Made by a program: the position numbers and the translations under genes. From assembly GCA_002011125.2 (NCBI GenBank), contig MTMF02000009.1, positions 1,800,989 through 1,864,988 on the forward strand: a DNA stretch of 64,000 nucleotides, in the 5' to 3' direction. Positions 31,443 to 41,034 of this stretch are shown here, piece by piece. Origin of the DNA: Candidatus Hydrothermarchaeum profundi (GTDB lineage Archaea; Hydrothermarchaeota; Hydrothermarchaeia; Hydrothermarchaeales; Hydrothermarchaeaceae). The notes beneath the pieces are model-generated. The model was not told the DNA's origin and did not search any database. It saw only the letters and a list, made by a program, of their open reading frames with translations. Position 1 is the first letter of the stretch, and every line of letters starts with the position of its first letter.

Positions 31443-32588
31443 ATGTCTGGAAAGAGGACTCTCATTCTCCTATTGCTAAGTTTCATCGCAGGGGCAGTAG
31501 GAGGAGCAACTAGTATACTGCTGCTCTCTGATTATCTCGTACAATACCCAGAGGGCCCTTCCCAAATAATAAACATGAACGTTACCTCTACCCAAGAAGA
31601 AGTTATTAAAAGCGTTTATGAAAAAGTTGCTCCTTCCGTAGTTCATATCACGTCTACTGTGCTAAAAAGGAACTTCTTTTTTGAAATAATACCGCAACAG
31701 GGCACTGGTTCGGGGGTTGTAGTGGATAAGAATGGATATATCTTAACCAACAACCACGTCATAGCGGATGCTAGCACTATTGAAGTAACTCTAGCAAATG
31801 GTAAAAAATATGGTGGAGAACTCATCGGAGCCATACCAGAGCTGGACATCGCTGTCATCAAAGTGGATGCTCCACCAGATGAGCTGAATCCCGCTTCTTT
31901 TGGAAACTCAGATAAACTTAGCGTAGGAACTTTCGTTATGGCTATAGGCAATCCTTTCGGCCTAGATAGAACGGCTACATTCGGAATAGTGAGCGCATTG
32001 AATAGGAGTATTAACATTGGAGATGGAAACGTGCTACAAGGCATGATACAAACAGATGCATCCATAAATCCCGGCAACAGTGGAGGACCGCTTGTAGATA
32101 TGGCTGGCGAAGTGATAGGTATAAATACTGCCATATTGTCTACAAGTGGGGGCAATATAGGTATCGGCTTCGCTATTCCTATAAACAAGGCAAAGGTCGC
32201 AATGGAAGAGATAATTAAGGAAGGAAAGGGGAGGATACCTGAGGGCCGCGCTTGGCTAGGCATCAGCGGTATAACGATAGATGAAGAAATCTCCAACATC
32301 CTTAATTTGCCGACAAAGCATGGAGCCTTAATAATTGAGGTAGTACCGGGAAGTCCTGCAGATAAGGCAGGACTTAGAGGAGGAAGCGTTCAGGTATTCA
32401 TAAATGGGAGGTTTCTAGCAATTGGAGGAGATATTATAGTAGGGCTTGATGGCAAGGAAATAAAATCTATGAGAGAAGTGGTTGACTTTATCTCCTCAAA
32501 GAAGCCAGGGGATAAGGTCAAGGTAACTTATATTAGAAGCGGAGAGGAACATGAGACCACAGTAACCTTAGGCAGAAAAACTTGGTAG
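31443..32588 (+). CDS. htrA: HtrA/DegP serine protease with PDZ domain
   Basis: TNNHV, DIAV, INPGNSGGPL, PDZ; N-terminal TM anchor. Confidence 0.93.
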   Translation: MSGKRTLILLLLSFIAGAVGGATSILLLSDYLVQYPEGPSQIINMNVTSTQEEVIKSVYEKVAPSVVHITSTVLKRNFFFEIIPQQGTGSGVVVDKNGYILTNNHVIADASTIEVTLANGKKYGGELIGAIPELDIAVIKVDAPPDELNPASFGNSDKLSVGTFVMAIGNPFGLDRTATFGIVSALNRSINIGDGNVLQGMIQTDASINPGNSGGPLVDMAGEVIGINTAILSTSGGNIGIGFAIPINKAKVAMEEIIKEGKGRIPEGRAWLGISGITIDEEISNILNLPTKHGALIIEVVPGSPADKAGLRGGSVQVFINGRFLAIGGDIIVGLDGKEIKSMREVVDFISSKKPGDKVKVTYIRSGEEHETTVTLGRKTW

Positions 32589-32664
32589 ACACTATACTTT
32601 TAATGAGAAGCTGCGAAAAATTTAAATGGTAGATAGTAACTCAGTCTGATGAGGAGGCCTTTGA

Positions 32665-33513
32665 TTGAGCCAGTTCAGGGACCATGTAGATTTTTTTAAT
32701 GAACTCAGGAAGAGGAGTGCTACCAGCATTGTAGACAGGCTTGTTCCATTAATTTCTATGTTGACTCCAGATCAAAAGAGGAGTATATTCTTAAAAAGCT
32801 TTAATGTTGCTGTCCAAGAAGAAGATAGAATCCTGAAACTAGTCGCATGCACTATCGGGTATACAATCCGGCTTCAGGAGAATATTGAACGCGATTCGTT
32901 AGAATGGGAGATAAAAAGAGATATCGAGAGATTAGTGGATGATTACTTAGTATATTCTGGCGCAAGTAACCCCGACATAAAATCAAAGAACTTGGTATTA
33001 TCATCAATTTTCCATCCCCCGTTTTATAGCTATGGGGAACTACCGTTATCTGAAATGAGGGGCTATGCTTTTCTAAATACTCTTCATGCCATAAATAGGG
33101 ATTTTATTAGATTCTTGAATCGTAATCCTCAGGGAAAGTATATATGCAACAAAATAACGCGCCTCCAGCAAAACCTTGAAAACCAGAATCTACACAATCA
33201 ATTTGAGAGAGAACACTGGCGGATATTCGAAGAGATCCTAGATGAGATATGCCCACCTTCTAGGGGCGACTTTTTCATGCAACCGGGATACACGAAATAC
33301 ATAAACCCACCATTAGGTAAAAAGCTGGGATATCTCTTAAAGACTTTTAAAACCTCGCCTTTAGTTAGGGAAACGGTTGCCCTCGTAGTGAGTAACATTG
33401 TTAGGAAAAACTACATACTATCGAGATATCATCTGAGAGCTATCACGAGGTCTGGATTGCTTAACAAGCTTGAGTTGAGGATCGTCAAAAACTCATCTAA
33501 CCCCTCTCTATGA
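32665..33513 (+). CDS. Hypothetical protein
   Basis: 282-aa ORF, GAGGAGG SD before TTG; no recognised motif. Confidence 0.65.
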   Translation: MSQFRDHVDFFNELRKRSATSIVDRLVPLISMLTPDQKRSIFLKSFNVAVQEEDRILKLVACTIGYTIRLQENIERDSLEWEIKRDIERLVDDYLVYSGASNPDIKSKNLVLSSIFHPPFYSYGELPLSEMRGYAFLNTLHAINRDFIRFLNRNPQGKYICNKITRLQQNLENQNLHNQFEREHWRIFEEILDEICPPSRGDFFMQPGYTKYINPPLGKKLGYLLKTFKTSPLVRETVALVVSNIVRKNYILSRYHLRAITRSGLLNKLELRIVKNSSNPSL

Positions 33514-34408
33514 TCCTGCAGAAGGCACATTTTTTGGACGTAGTTGGAAATCCGCAAACCTCACAGTCGGAAACTCGAGATCTATCGTGAAGCGACTCAA
33601 ACATGCTCCTGTGTTTCAGGAATTCCGTATAGAAGTATAGCTTTGTACTGGGCGACCTATCCTCAATACGATTAAGAGCCTCTTTTATTGTTATACTAGT
33701 GGAGCCTTCAGAAAACGGACATTCATCATAAAGCATATAATCAATATCATTCGTTATCGCATACATGGCTGTCTCCTTCTCAGTCAATAGGCAGAGAGGC
33801 TTCACTTTAAGGCTGAGTTTAGGATGCCAGCCCTCTAGACGGGGACTTTGTCTTGAAATTAAGTCGAAGTTCCAGTGCAACAAGTTACTCATAAGCACAC
33901 TTACCTCATCATCGAGATTATGTCCAGTAGCAAGAACGTCGTAATTATTATTAAAAGCAATACGGTTCATCTCATGGCGTTTCACGATACCGCAAACACT
34001 ACAGACACTACGTGGGCTACGTCTCGCAAGCAGCGGAACACTTACCCCATACTCCTTTTTCAGGTCTACGATATTAAGTTCAACTCCTTTAACTGAAGAG
34101 AATTTTTCAACCTTCCGTCGAGACTCCTTAGAATACCTCTGTCTTTCTATACCTAAGTCAATATAAAGTCCACTGACATCATATCCTAGTTTTAGAAGTA
34201 CATCGCAGAGAGTTAAGGAGTCTTTCCCCCCAGATACCGCTACAAGCACCTTATCTTTCTTCTTGATTAAAGAATACTTCCTTATTGTCTGCTCAACTGT
34301 GTTTATGAAGTATTCTAAGAAATGCTTCTCACACAGGATTCTATGCCGACTTCTAATAGATATAACGGCCTTCTCATTACACTTAGTGCAACGCATTTTT
34401 CCTTTCAT
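33497..34408 (-). CDS. ttuA: tRNA 2-thiouridine synthetase TtuA/Ncs6 family
   Basis: CxxC..CxxH, SGGKDS, CSVC, TGHNLDDE, CP, C-terminal CxxC..CxxC. Confidence 0.88.
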   Translation of the reverse strand: MKGKMRCTKCNEKAVISIRSRHRILCEKHFLEYFINTVEQTIRKYSLIKKKDKVLVAVSGGKDSLTLCDVLLKLGYDVSGLYIDLGIERQRYSKESRRKVEKFSSVKGVELNIVDLKKEYGVSVPLLARRSPRSVCSVCGIVKRHEMNRIAFNNNYDVLATGHNLDDEVSVLMSNLLHWNFDLISRQSPRLEGWHPKLSLKVKPLCLLTEKETAMYAITNDIDYMLYDECPFSEGSTSITIKEALNRIEDRSPSTKLYFYTEFLKHRSMFESLHDRSRVSDCEVCGFPTTSKKCAFCRIIERG

Positions 34409-34548
34409 AAAAAACTGTAGAATCGTAATCTTTAAAAGAGAATAGTGAAATTATTTTGTACATTTAATATTATTTAAACTATGTTACGTATATATCAAAA
34501 AACTGAGGAGATTTTCCTTTAATAATTGAAACACAGGTGAGAGGATGA

Positions 34549-34896
34549 GTGACGATGACAGTAATCGGGAAACACATTATTGCAGAACTATACGGCGTGG
34601 AGAAGGAGTTGATATCTCATGAAGACAGTGTCCGTGGGATCATAGAGCGGGTCGTAAATGAATCTGGCTTAACGAAAGTGGGGTCTCTCTACAAACAGTT
34701 TAACCCCCATGGTGTTACAGGAATGGTGTTGATCACGGAGTCCCATATCTCTGTGCATACTTGGCCGGAATATAAAACTGTGAATCTGGACATATTCACC
34801 TGCGGTAGTCCAGAGAAGGCCGAACGCGCCTTCAACCTATTCCTAGAATATTTCAGGCCAGAGTCCTACAAGCAACGCGTTATTACGAGGGGATAG
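34549..34896 (+). CDS. speD: S-adenosylmethionine decarboxylase proenzyme
   Basis: GKHII, FNPHGVT, ESHISVHTWPE, DIFTCG. Confidence 0.9.
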   Translation: MTMTVIGKHIIAELYGVEKELISHEDSVRGIIERVVNESGLTKVGSLYKQFNPHGVTGMVLITESHISVHTWPEYKTVNLDIFTCGSPEKAERAFNLFLEYFRPESYKQRVITRG

Positions 34897-34897
34897 C

Positions 34898-35923
34898 TTG
34901 TTAGATCGCTTCACAATACAAGTACTTCAAAAGCTCTCTAAAGGCTCCACGTCGGTTTGGGAGCTTTTAGACTCCCAGGATTTAAGTCTCAGAGAGTTTT
35001 ATCTAAGATTTAGTGAGATGATAGAAGGCGGGTTGATCTCCGTAGATGGCGGTATAGTATCACTAACAGACAAAGGACGAGATCTCGCTAAAGAAATCCC
35101 TGCTATTCCGCTCACATTTACATGCAGGAGATGCCAAGGCCAGGGGTACATAATTCCAGAGAATTTTGAGAAGGTAGCTAAAGCTTTTTACGATATCGCA
35201 GAGGATAGGCCTCTACCAATAGAAGAGTATGACCAGGGGTATATGCGCCCTGAAGATGTGTTAAAGCGGGTTGCGCTCCTCTACGAAAGAGGCGACTTAG
35301 CTTCTAGAGATATCCTAGTCATTGGAGACGACGATTTATTTAGCATCGCCGCATCTTTAACTAGACTACCATCCAAGGTTGTAGTCCTAGAAGTAGACAA
35401 ACGCTTGGTAAAATTCATAAATAAGAATGCAAAGGAGAACAACCTCTGTGTTGAAGCCAGAAGCTATGATGTCCGAGAACCGATTGATAAAGAGTTTGAA
35501 CAGAGCTTTGATGTATTCTTATGTGATCCTGTTGAAACCCTCGAGGGGATTAAGCTCTTCCTCTCTAGGGGGGTCTCCTCATTACGCGGGATTGGAAGCG
35601 CAGGATATTTTGGGCTAACAACCCTTGAGGCTTCCCTTAAGAAATGGTACGAGATACAGCGCATGCTTCTTGACATGGGCTTCGTGATTACCGATATAAA
35701 GAGAAAATATAGCGAGTATCCCTGGGAGGACAATAATTTTAAACGCTACCAAGAGAAGCTTCCGATAATGAGGTATCTAAAATCGGAGTGTAATTACAGT
35801 TGGTACAAGTCAGCTTTCTATAGGATCGAATGCATTAAGGAGCCAAAACCTCTAGTCACAGGTGAACAAAAAATTGGAGATAAGTTTTATTTAGACGATG
35901 AAAGCTGGGCGACTCCAATGTAA
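34898..35923 (+). CDS. bpsA: N4-bis(aminopropyl)spermidine synthase (branched-chain polyamine synthase)
   Basis: CxxCxGxG, YDQG, GDDDL.S, DPVET..G..LFLSRG, DDESWAT; follows speD. Confidence 0.9.
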   Translation: MLDRFTIQVLQKLSKGSTSVWELLDSQDLSLREFYLRFSEMIEGGLISVDGGIVSLTDKGRDLAKEIPAIPLTFTCRRCQGQGYIIPENFEKVAKAFYDIAEDRPLPIEEYDQGYMRPEDVLKRVALLYERGDLASRDILVIGDDDLFSIAASLTRLPSKVVVLEVDKRLVKFINKNAKENNLCVEARSYDVREPIDKEFEQSFDVFLCDPVETLEGIKLFLSRGVSSLRGIGSAGYFGLTTLEASLKKWYEIQRMLLDMGFVITDIKRKYSEYPWEDNNFKRYQEKLPIMRYLKSECNYSWYKSAFYRIECIKEPKPLVTGEQKIGDKFYLDDESWATPM

Positions 35924-35961
35924 AAATATTTTACAGGGTTTCTATGCTTACGCTAAGAGTT

Positions 35962-37314
35962 TTACTCTATTTCCCAGGGGAACCGTGGATCAAGGTAGTC
36001 TAGTAGATCCGGGTAAAATTCCTCAACTACCGCCTCTTCATCAACTCTTATATCGGACCCTCTTCTAAGGCTCATAGCTATATATCTGGGTATACCCTTT
36101 TCCTCCAACTTCTCTTTAGTTAAAAAGCTCCTTAAATATTCCACTACATTGCGGTACTTCCTTTTTAGGATAATTTGCCATCTCCCATTACGTATAAAAG
36201 GCTCTGTAAGCTTCTCCCTATATGATGCATATTTATCCAAGAACCTGTCTTCATGCGGCGAGTTTACTGTAGGTCCCATGTGAAACTTCGCTGAAGGGAT
36301 TTCTATTGAAGCCAATTCAAGTATTAAGCATATCTTATCTCTCACAAAAAATTTAGAGCCTAGAATCTTAAAGTCCTTCTCTTCAACACAATTTCGTATT
36401 GTAGCATTAAATTTTCTTAACTGGGGGTAGAGTATATCGTCTATCACTCCAGGATTAGAAAAGACTATAGAAACCAGCTGAGTTCCTCTACCTTTTAATC
36501 TCCTCAGAATTTCATCTTTGTTTGCTATCCTCGTTTTTGGAAAGAAAAATTCTTCCTTAGGGTGCCTTAGGTATTCCTTTGCTGCGTATATGAACTCTGA
36601 AAATCTCTCTAGTGAAAGGGCACTGGACACATTCCTATTGCTATCTACCGGATCTATGAAAATTAGAGGAGAGTCAAACTTTTTTGTCACCTTTTTAATA
36701 TCCGGCTTATCTTTAAGCCACAGTACCTGAGGGGATTTCCATTTCCTAGCTCCTTCTAGGACGCCTCTAAAGGACTTGTATTTTATCACAAGGAGTTCAC
36801 AGAGGTAACCCGAGAACCCTTCGACCTTTGCTTCAGCACCATAACAACCGATGCCCATTAAAAACTGCTTTAATAGCCTAACCTCATCCTCCTTCCCATC
36901 AAGATTTTCTTTTACAAATTTATCGTGGAAAGGAGTCCTATCTACCGCCGATTTAAGTTTTTCTGGGTTTGAGACCTGATAGCATGGCACTAGCTCAACC
37001 TCGAAATCCTCATAACGCCCCCTTATATAAGGATGCTCTGCGAATCTCTTTTCAGGCGAATTAAGAACTTTTTTACCAATAATAGTTACTACCCTCTCCA
37101 GCTCTTTTTTTGAGTATTTTTCGGGGAACATTAAAAAGAAATCCAAGTCCTTTTCATTTTTTAACCAGGTACCTCTAGAGGCAGAGCCTAATAGAGCAAC
37201 CTTTATAGTTGGATCAAATTGTTTAACCTCTCTTTCTAATTTTCTAAGAAGCTTATTGGAAACCCTCTTTAATCGAGCCTCATCTTCTGGCGATGGTTTT
37301 ATTCTTGAAAGCAT
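35962..37314 (-). CDS. cca: CCA-adding enzyme (class I)
   Basis: GS..RGTWL...DLD, AEHPY, SAVDRTPFH, GFSGYLCELL, DPVD..RNV. Confidence 0.96.
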   Translation of the reverse strand: MLSRIKPSPEDEARLKRVSNKLLRKLEREVKQFDPTIKVALLGSASRGTWLKNEKDLDFFLMFPEKYSKKELERVVTIIGKKVLNSPEKRFAEHPYIRGRYEDFEVELVPCYQVSNPEKLKSAVDRTPFHDKFVKENLDGKEDEVRLLKQFLMGIGCYGAEAKVEGFSGYLCELLVIKYKSFRGVLEGARKWKSPQVLWLKDKPDIKKVTKKFDSPLIFIDPVDSNRNVSSALSLERFSEFIYAAKEYLRHPKEEFFFPKTRIANKDEILRRLKGRGTQLVSIVFSNPGVIDDILYPQLRKFNATIRNCVEEKDFKILGSKFFVRDKICLILELASIEIPSAKFHMGPTVNSPHEDRFLDKYASYREKLTEPFIRNGRWQIILKRKYRNVVEYLRSFLTKEKLEEKGIPRYIAMSLRRGSDIRVDEEAVVEEFYPDLLDYLDPRFPWEIE

Positions 37315-37351
37315 ATCCCTATTTAAGGCTGCTTTTAATATATTAGTTCCT

Positions 37352-38224
37352 ATGGGTATAGAGGATCTACTTAAAAGCGGGCCTCTTATTGGGAAAGAAC
37401 TCTACATTTTAAGCGGGATAGAAATCTTTCAATTATGGAGAGCATGCAAGCTAGATAACAAGATCGTGATGAAAGCTGTAGGAAAAAAGTACCTGCGGTT
37501 CGATAAGAATGTTCCGGGATATGTTCGGCTATCACCTGCAATTGAGAGAGAATTTTTAACTTACACTGTGGTAGGATTAGACTTAGATGAGGTAGAGAGA
37601 AAAGCAAAGGAGCTAGAGAATGAGATAATTAAAATAAGCGAGGAAAAACTTGCCCTTTCAAGGAAGATTGCTAGAGAGATACTAGATCAAACAGGAATTA
37701 GAAAAGACATCTGTTTTATAATAGGCGGAGATGTTCCGCATAGGATGGCGCACCGAGACCCAAGACCTGAAAGAAGCACAGGAGAGATGGTCTCGGGCTC
37801 TGATCTCGACATAATAGTCGTAGCATCTGATAACCTGCCTGAGAACGAGTTTAATACCATAGACGAGAGTATGTACCTTAAAAAGCATGCTCTACTAAGA
37901 GCCCCTGTGAAAGAAGAAATAGATTATTTAGTCAAACGATTTTCAAAGGTAGAGGAACAGACTAAGTTTGATTCATTTGACAGAATGGTAGCTTGCAAAA
38001 TAATTGCAGAGGGAGAATTCCTACATGGAGATAAAAGCCTCTACCAGAAGATAATTAGATTACTAGAACAAAAAAACATCTATAAAAAATTAGAAGAGCT
38101 CGAGTATAAGGCGAAAGGAGACAGAAAACTTGCAGAGGAATATTTGTTAAAAAAAGAGAAAATCGAGGAAGAGGATTACTTGAAACTCTTCAGTACCACA
38201 GAAGAATTTAGTGAGATTTTTTGA
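37352..38224 (+). CDS. Uncharacterised Pol-beta-superfamily nucleotidyltransferase-like protein
   Basis: IGGDV...GSDLDIIVV and EEIDY motifs; ATG at 37352. Confidence 0.6.
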   Translation: MGIEDLLKSGPLIGKELYILSGIEIFQLWRACKLDNKIVMKAVGKKYLRFDKNVPGYVRLSPAIEREFLTYTVVGLDLDEVERKAKELENEIIKISEEKLALSRKIAREILDQTGIRKDICFIIGGDVPHRMAHRDPRPERSTGEMVSGSDLDIIVVASDNLPENEFNTIDESMYLKKHALLRAPVKEEIDYLVKRFSKVEEQTKFDSFDRMVACKIIAEGEFLHGDKSLYQKIIRLLEQKNIYKKLEELEYKAKGDRKLAEEYLLKKEKIEEEDYLKLFSTTEEFSEIF

Positions 38225-38777
38225 GTGAAGTACGAGTATAGCCCAGCTCCTCCAAGTCTTTATAAATCACCAATCTTGAAACACCATAAATCCTCGCAAC
38301 CTGTGAAATGTTAAGAGTCGAAGGATTATTACCTAATAACTCAACAATTTTTTTAAGTCTCCCCCTCCTCTGCTTTGCTTCTACAACCGACTCTAATACA
38401 TCTTCATTTACTGCCGCAACAATCGTTGTATATATCCTGCCAGGTAGCGGAGTAGTAATTGTTTTTGTAAATACGTCTACTACCTCTCCCTTTTTTCCTG
38501 CTAATATCTTATTAAGTTTTTCAGCTGCCTTCGCCATTGCGGAATCCCTAGTCGCTCCCCTCTCATTTATGCCTACTACCCTTTTCCTTCTAGGCTCGCT
38601 CCCCCCTACCGCAACGCTAACAGTAACGTATGCTCCCGCTGGCCCAGAGGAAACATCTGTGTTAACTTTCATTATAACGCCATCTATCACTGCCAGCCTC
38701 TGATTTATTCTCTCTACTACAGTGCTCAACGCTTTACTAACGGTGCTACCAGAGGCCGTCTCGCTTATAATTCTCAT
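38208..38777 (-). CDS. Hypothetical protein with duplicated beta-alpha-beta unit and C-terminal HTH
   Basis: Two similar units (G.T.S.A...A.E.IN..L); NISQVARIYGVSRLVIYKDL HTH. Confidence 0.65.
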   Translation of the reverse strand: MRIISETASGSTVSKALSTVVERINQRLAVIDGVIMKVNTDVSSGPAGAYVTVSVAVGGSEPRRKRVVGINERGATRDSAMAKAAEKLNKILAGKKGEVVDVFTKTITTPLPGRIYTTIVAAVNEDVLESVVEAKQRRGRLKKIVELLGNNPSTLNISQVARIYGVSRLVIYKDLEELGYTRTSLKKSH

Positions 38778-38870
38778 TAAGTTCCTTTTTTATTAATCGG
38801 ATTATATTATTTTTAGGTTTACAATAATGCAAATCTTGGAAATCATTTTTATGCACCTCTAGAACTATCC

Positions 38871-39416
38871 TTATAACGCCACCGACTTTATAGTAGAGTA
38901 GATTGGACCTTTTGGGGTTAGAGTGCTCCTTTTAAGCTCTACCTTATCAACTAACGCCTTGCCAAAACTTCTGGTTGCATTTTCAACGACAAAATCTTTT
39001 ACATCTTCTCTTCCACGAGGCGACCTAACCCTCGCCAGAGTGAGATGCGGATCAAACTTTTTCCTCTCTTTTCCTATGCCCAAGCTAGAAAGATTTTCCT
39101 CTAACCTTGATTGCATCTCTATAAGCTTCTCTTTATTTTCTTCAATACCCACCCATATAACCCGTATATACCTTAGACTAGGAAATACCCCCACACCTCT
39201 AAGCGAGACTTCAAAAGGAGAAAAAGGAGAAAAAGCTTTAATCATTGCATCATAAATATCGCCCACCATGTCTTCACCGACCTCCCCAAGAAACTTTAGA
39301 GTCAAATGAAGATTTTGAGGCTCCACGAGCTTGAGGCCGGCTTTAAGTTGAGCCAATTCGTCTAAGATTCCAACTAATGCACTATTTTTAATATCAACAG
39401 CGATAAAACTCCTCAT
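38871..39416 (-). CDS. thpR: RNA 2',3'-cyclic phosphodiesterase (2H family)
   Basis: MRSFIAV, HLTLKFLG, PHLTLAR, S.LTPKGPIY. Confidence 0.93.
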   Translation of the reverse strand: MRSFIAVDIKNSALVGILDELAQLKAGLKLVEPQNLHLTLKFLGEVGEDMVGDIYDAMIKAFSPFSPFEVSLRGVGVFPSLRYIRVIWVGIEENKEKLIEMQSRLEENLSSLGIGKERKKFDPHLTLARVRSPRGREDVKDFVVENATRSFGKALVDKVELKRSTLTPKGPIYSTIKSVAL

Positions 39417-39424
39417 GATATGAA

Positions 39425-40426
39425 CTATAGCTTTCTTAAAATCAGCCCCCCTACAGCTGCGATAACAACAATACTTGCAACTATCAAGCCTATCACTCCA
39501 ACGGGTAAGCCCCCTTCAGAGACGGCTACGGGTTGCTCTGTGGGAGCAACCATCTGGATTTCCGACTGCATTCCTAGAGAAGCTTCAGCCAAGCTTATAT
39601 GCCTCCCAGCTTCCTCTATCTTTACCTTTGCATCCTTCTTATTACCTGCCAAAAGATCGTCTATAGCCGAGTTCAATGAGCTTTTCGCAGTATCGATGTG
39701 GGAGGAGATTTCTCCAACGTTCTCTCCTGCCTTCTCTTTAACATTAACCCTGTAAACCAGTTTCTCAATCTCTCCATCGTAATTTATAATATCTTTGAGC
39801 AAGGGTTCTATCTCAAACTCGGCCTTAATTTCCTGAGTAAAGGAAATCCCATCAAATATAGCTACAAAGTGGTCTTCAAAGCCGCTGACACCCTGCCAAA
39901 GTTCTCTCCAAGGAGTAGGCTTATAACCCGAAGGGATATACCCTACAGGTACATGCAACCTCACGATTCCTCCTACAGATCCCAGCTCAACATTTTTGCC
40001 CCCCTCGAGTATAGCCTCTGGTTTTCCAAATTTCACTGATGTGCTATACCCTGTGTCTGTCCTACTTAATAACCCCATTGCTTTAAACCTAAACCTCACG
40101 ATTCCTTTAGCACCGGGGTCTACAGGATCTATTAGGCTAACTTTAACATAGGGTAGTCCAGACTCCTCAGAGATAGAAATCTCTTTTACATTTTTTTTGG
40201 AAAACTCTTCATCGCTTTCAATCAGATCAAGTGCAGAGGCAGAGAAAGGCATTTTAAGCCCCACTACTTTCTCTTCAAACCCGTTAGCTATAGAAAGATC
40301 CAGCTCAACTACCGCATCAGGTATTTTATAGCTAACTGAGGCTTGCCATCTGTCAACGCTTACAGAGCCCTGAGCCGCGACAACCGGGAAAAACAAGAAC
40401 AAAGCCAAAAAAAACAAAAACCTCAC
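39425..40426 (-). CDS. Membrane-anchored surface protein, copy A (signal peptide, beta-rich domain, helical bundle, C-terminal TM)
   Basis: Signal peptide MRFLFFLALFLFFPVVAA; C-terminal TM with RKL; paralogue of 41034-42065. Confidence 0.75.
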   Translation of the reverse strand: MRFLFFLALFLFFPVVAAQGSVSVDRWQASVSYKIPDAVVELDLSIANGFEEKVVGLKMPFSASALDLIESDEEFSKKNVKEISISEESGLPYVKVSLIDPVDPGAKGIVRFRFKAMGLLSRTDTGYSTSVKFGKPEAILEGGKNVELGSVGGIVRLHVPVGYIPSGYKPTPWRELWQGVSGFEDHFVAIFDGISFTQEIKAEFEIEPLLKDIINYDGEIEKLVYRVNVKEKAGENVGEISSHIDTAKSSLNSAIDDLLAGNKKDAKVKIEEAGRHISLAEASLGMQSEIQMVAPTEQPVAVSEGGLPVGVIGLIVASIVVIAAVGGLILRKL

Positions 40427-41034
40427 TCCCCCACCCCCCTCAACAACTCCTCAACATTAGCCATAGTAGGCTGATGAATCCTGCCAACACTACCAACATG
40501 ACAGCTACCGCAAGAACCAGACCCCTTAACAACATGGATCTCAATATAATTACCATCAAAATGACACTGCTCACAAACCAAGAGATCCCCCGGCCTCACA
40601 GAAGGAATAGTCACACCCCCGGCCTCACTAAAACTATGACAATCCGTACAATCCAAAAGCCCCTTATCCAAACGAGCCTCATGAATCCTATGAATAGAAA
40701 CCCCATGACAAGTCGTACAAACCTTAGGAGTCCTATTCCTAAGAGAATCCAGCTTAGTGATATCCCTCACATTATGAAAGCCCTCAACCCTACCATGACA
40801 ATCCGGACAAGAAATAGACAACCCAGAAGCCTCAGCAGACTTCTCCACCACGGGAGCAACACCCCCGGCCTCAGACCTAGCCCTCTCCAACTCAGACAAA
40901 TAATACTGAACAGTCTTATCCAAAACCTGGCCATAATAAACCGAAGCCCCCGCATAAGTAATCACGGCGCTCAAGCCCATCATCACCAACAAGACAACAA
41001 CAACACCAAACGTCCTCACAGCCACCATCTCCAT
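40423..41034 (-). CDS. Membrane-anchored pentaheme c-type cytochrome, copy A
   Basis: Five CxxCH (CPDCH, CTTCH, CTDCH, CEQCH, CGSCH), additional His, N-terminal TM. Confidence 0.88.
   Translation of the reverse strand: MEMVAVRTFGVVVVLLVMMGLSAVITYAGASVYYGQVLDKTVQYYLSELERARSEAGGVAPVVEKSAEASGLSISCPDCHGRVEGFHNVRDITKLDSLRNRTPKVCTTCHGVSIHRIHEARLDKGLLDCTDCHSFSEAGGVTIPSVRPGDLLVCEQCHFDGNYIEIHVVKGSGSCGSCHVGSVGRIHQPTMANVEELLRGVGE

Noticed and set aside
32640-32680. CTGATGAG as a hammerhead ribozyme core
   Set aside because: No stem II followed by GAAA; the sequence is explained by the GAGGAGG SD
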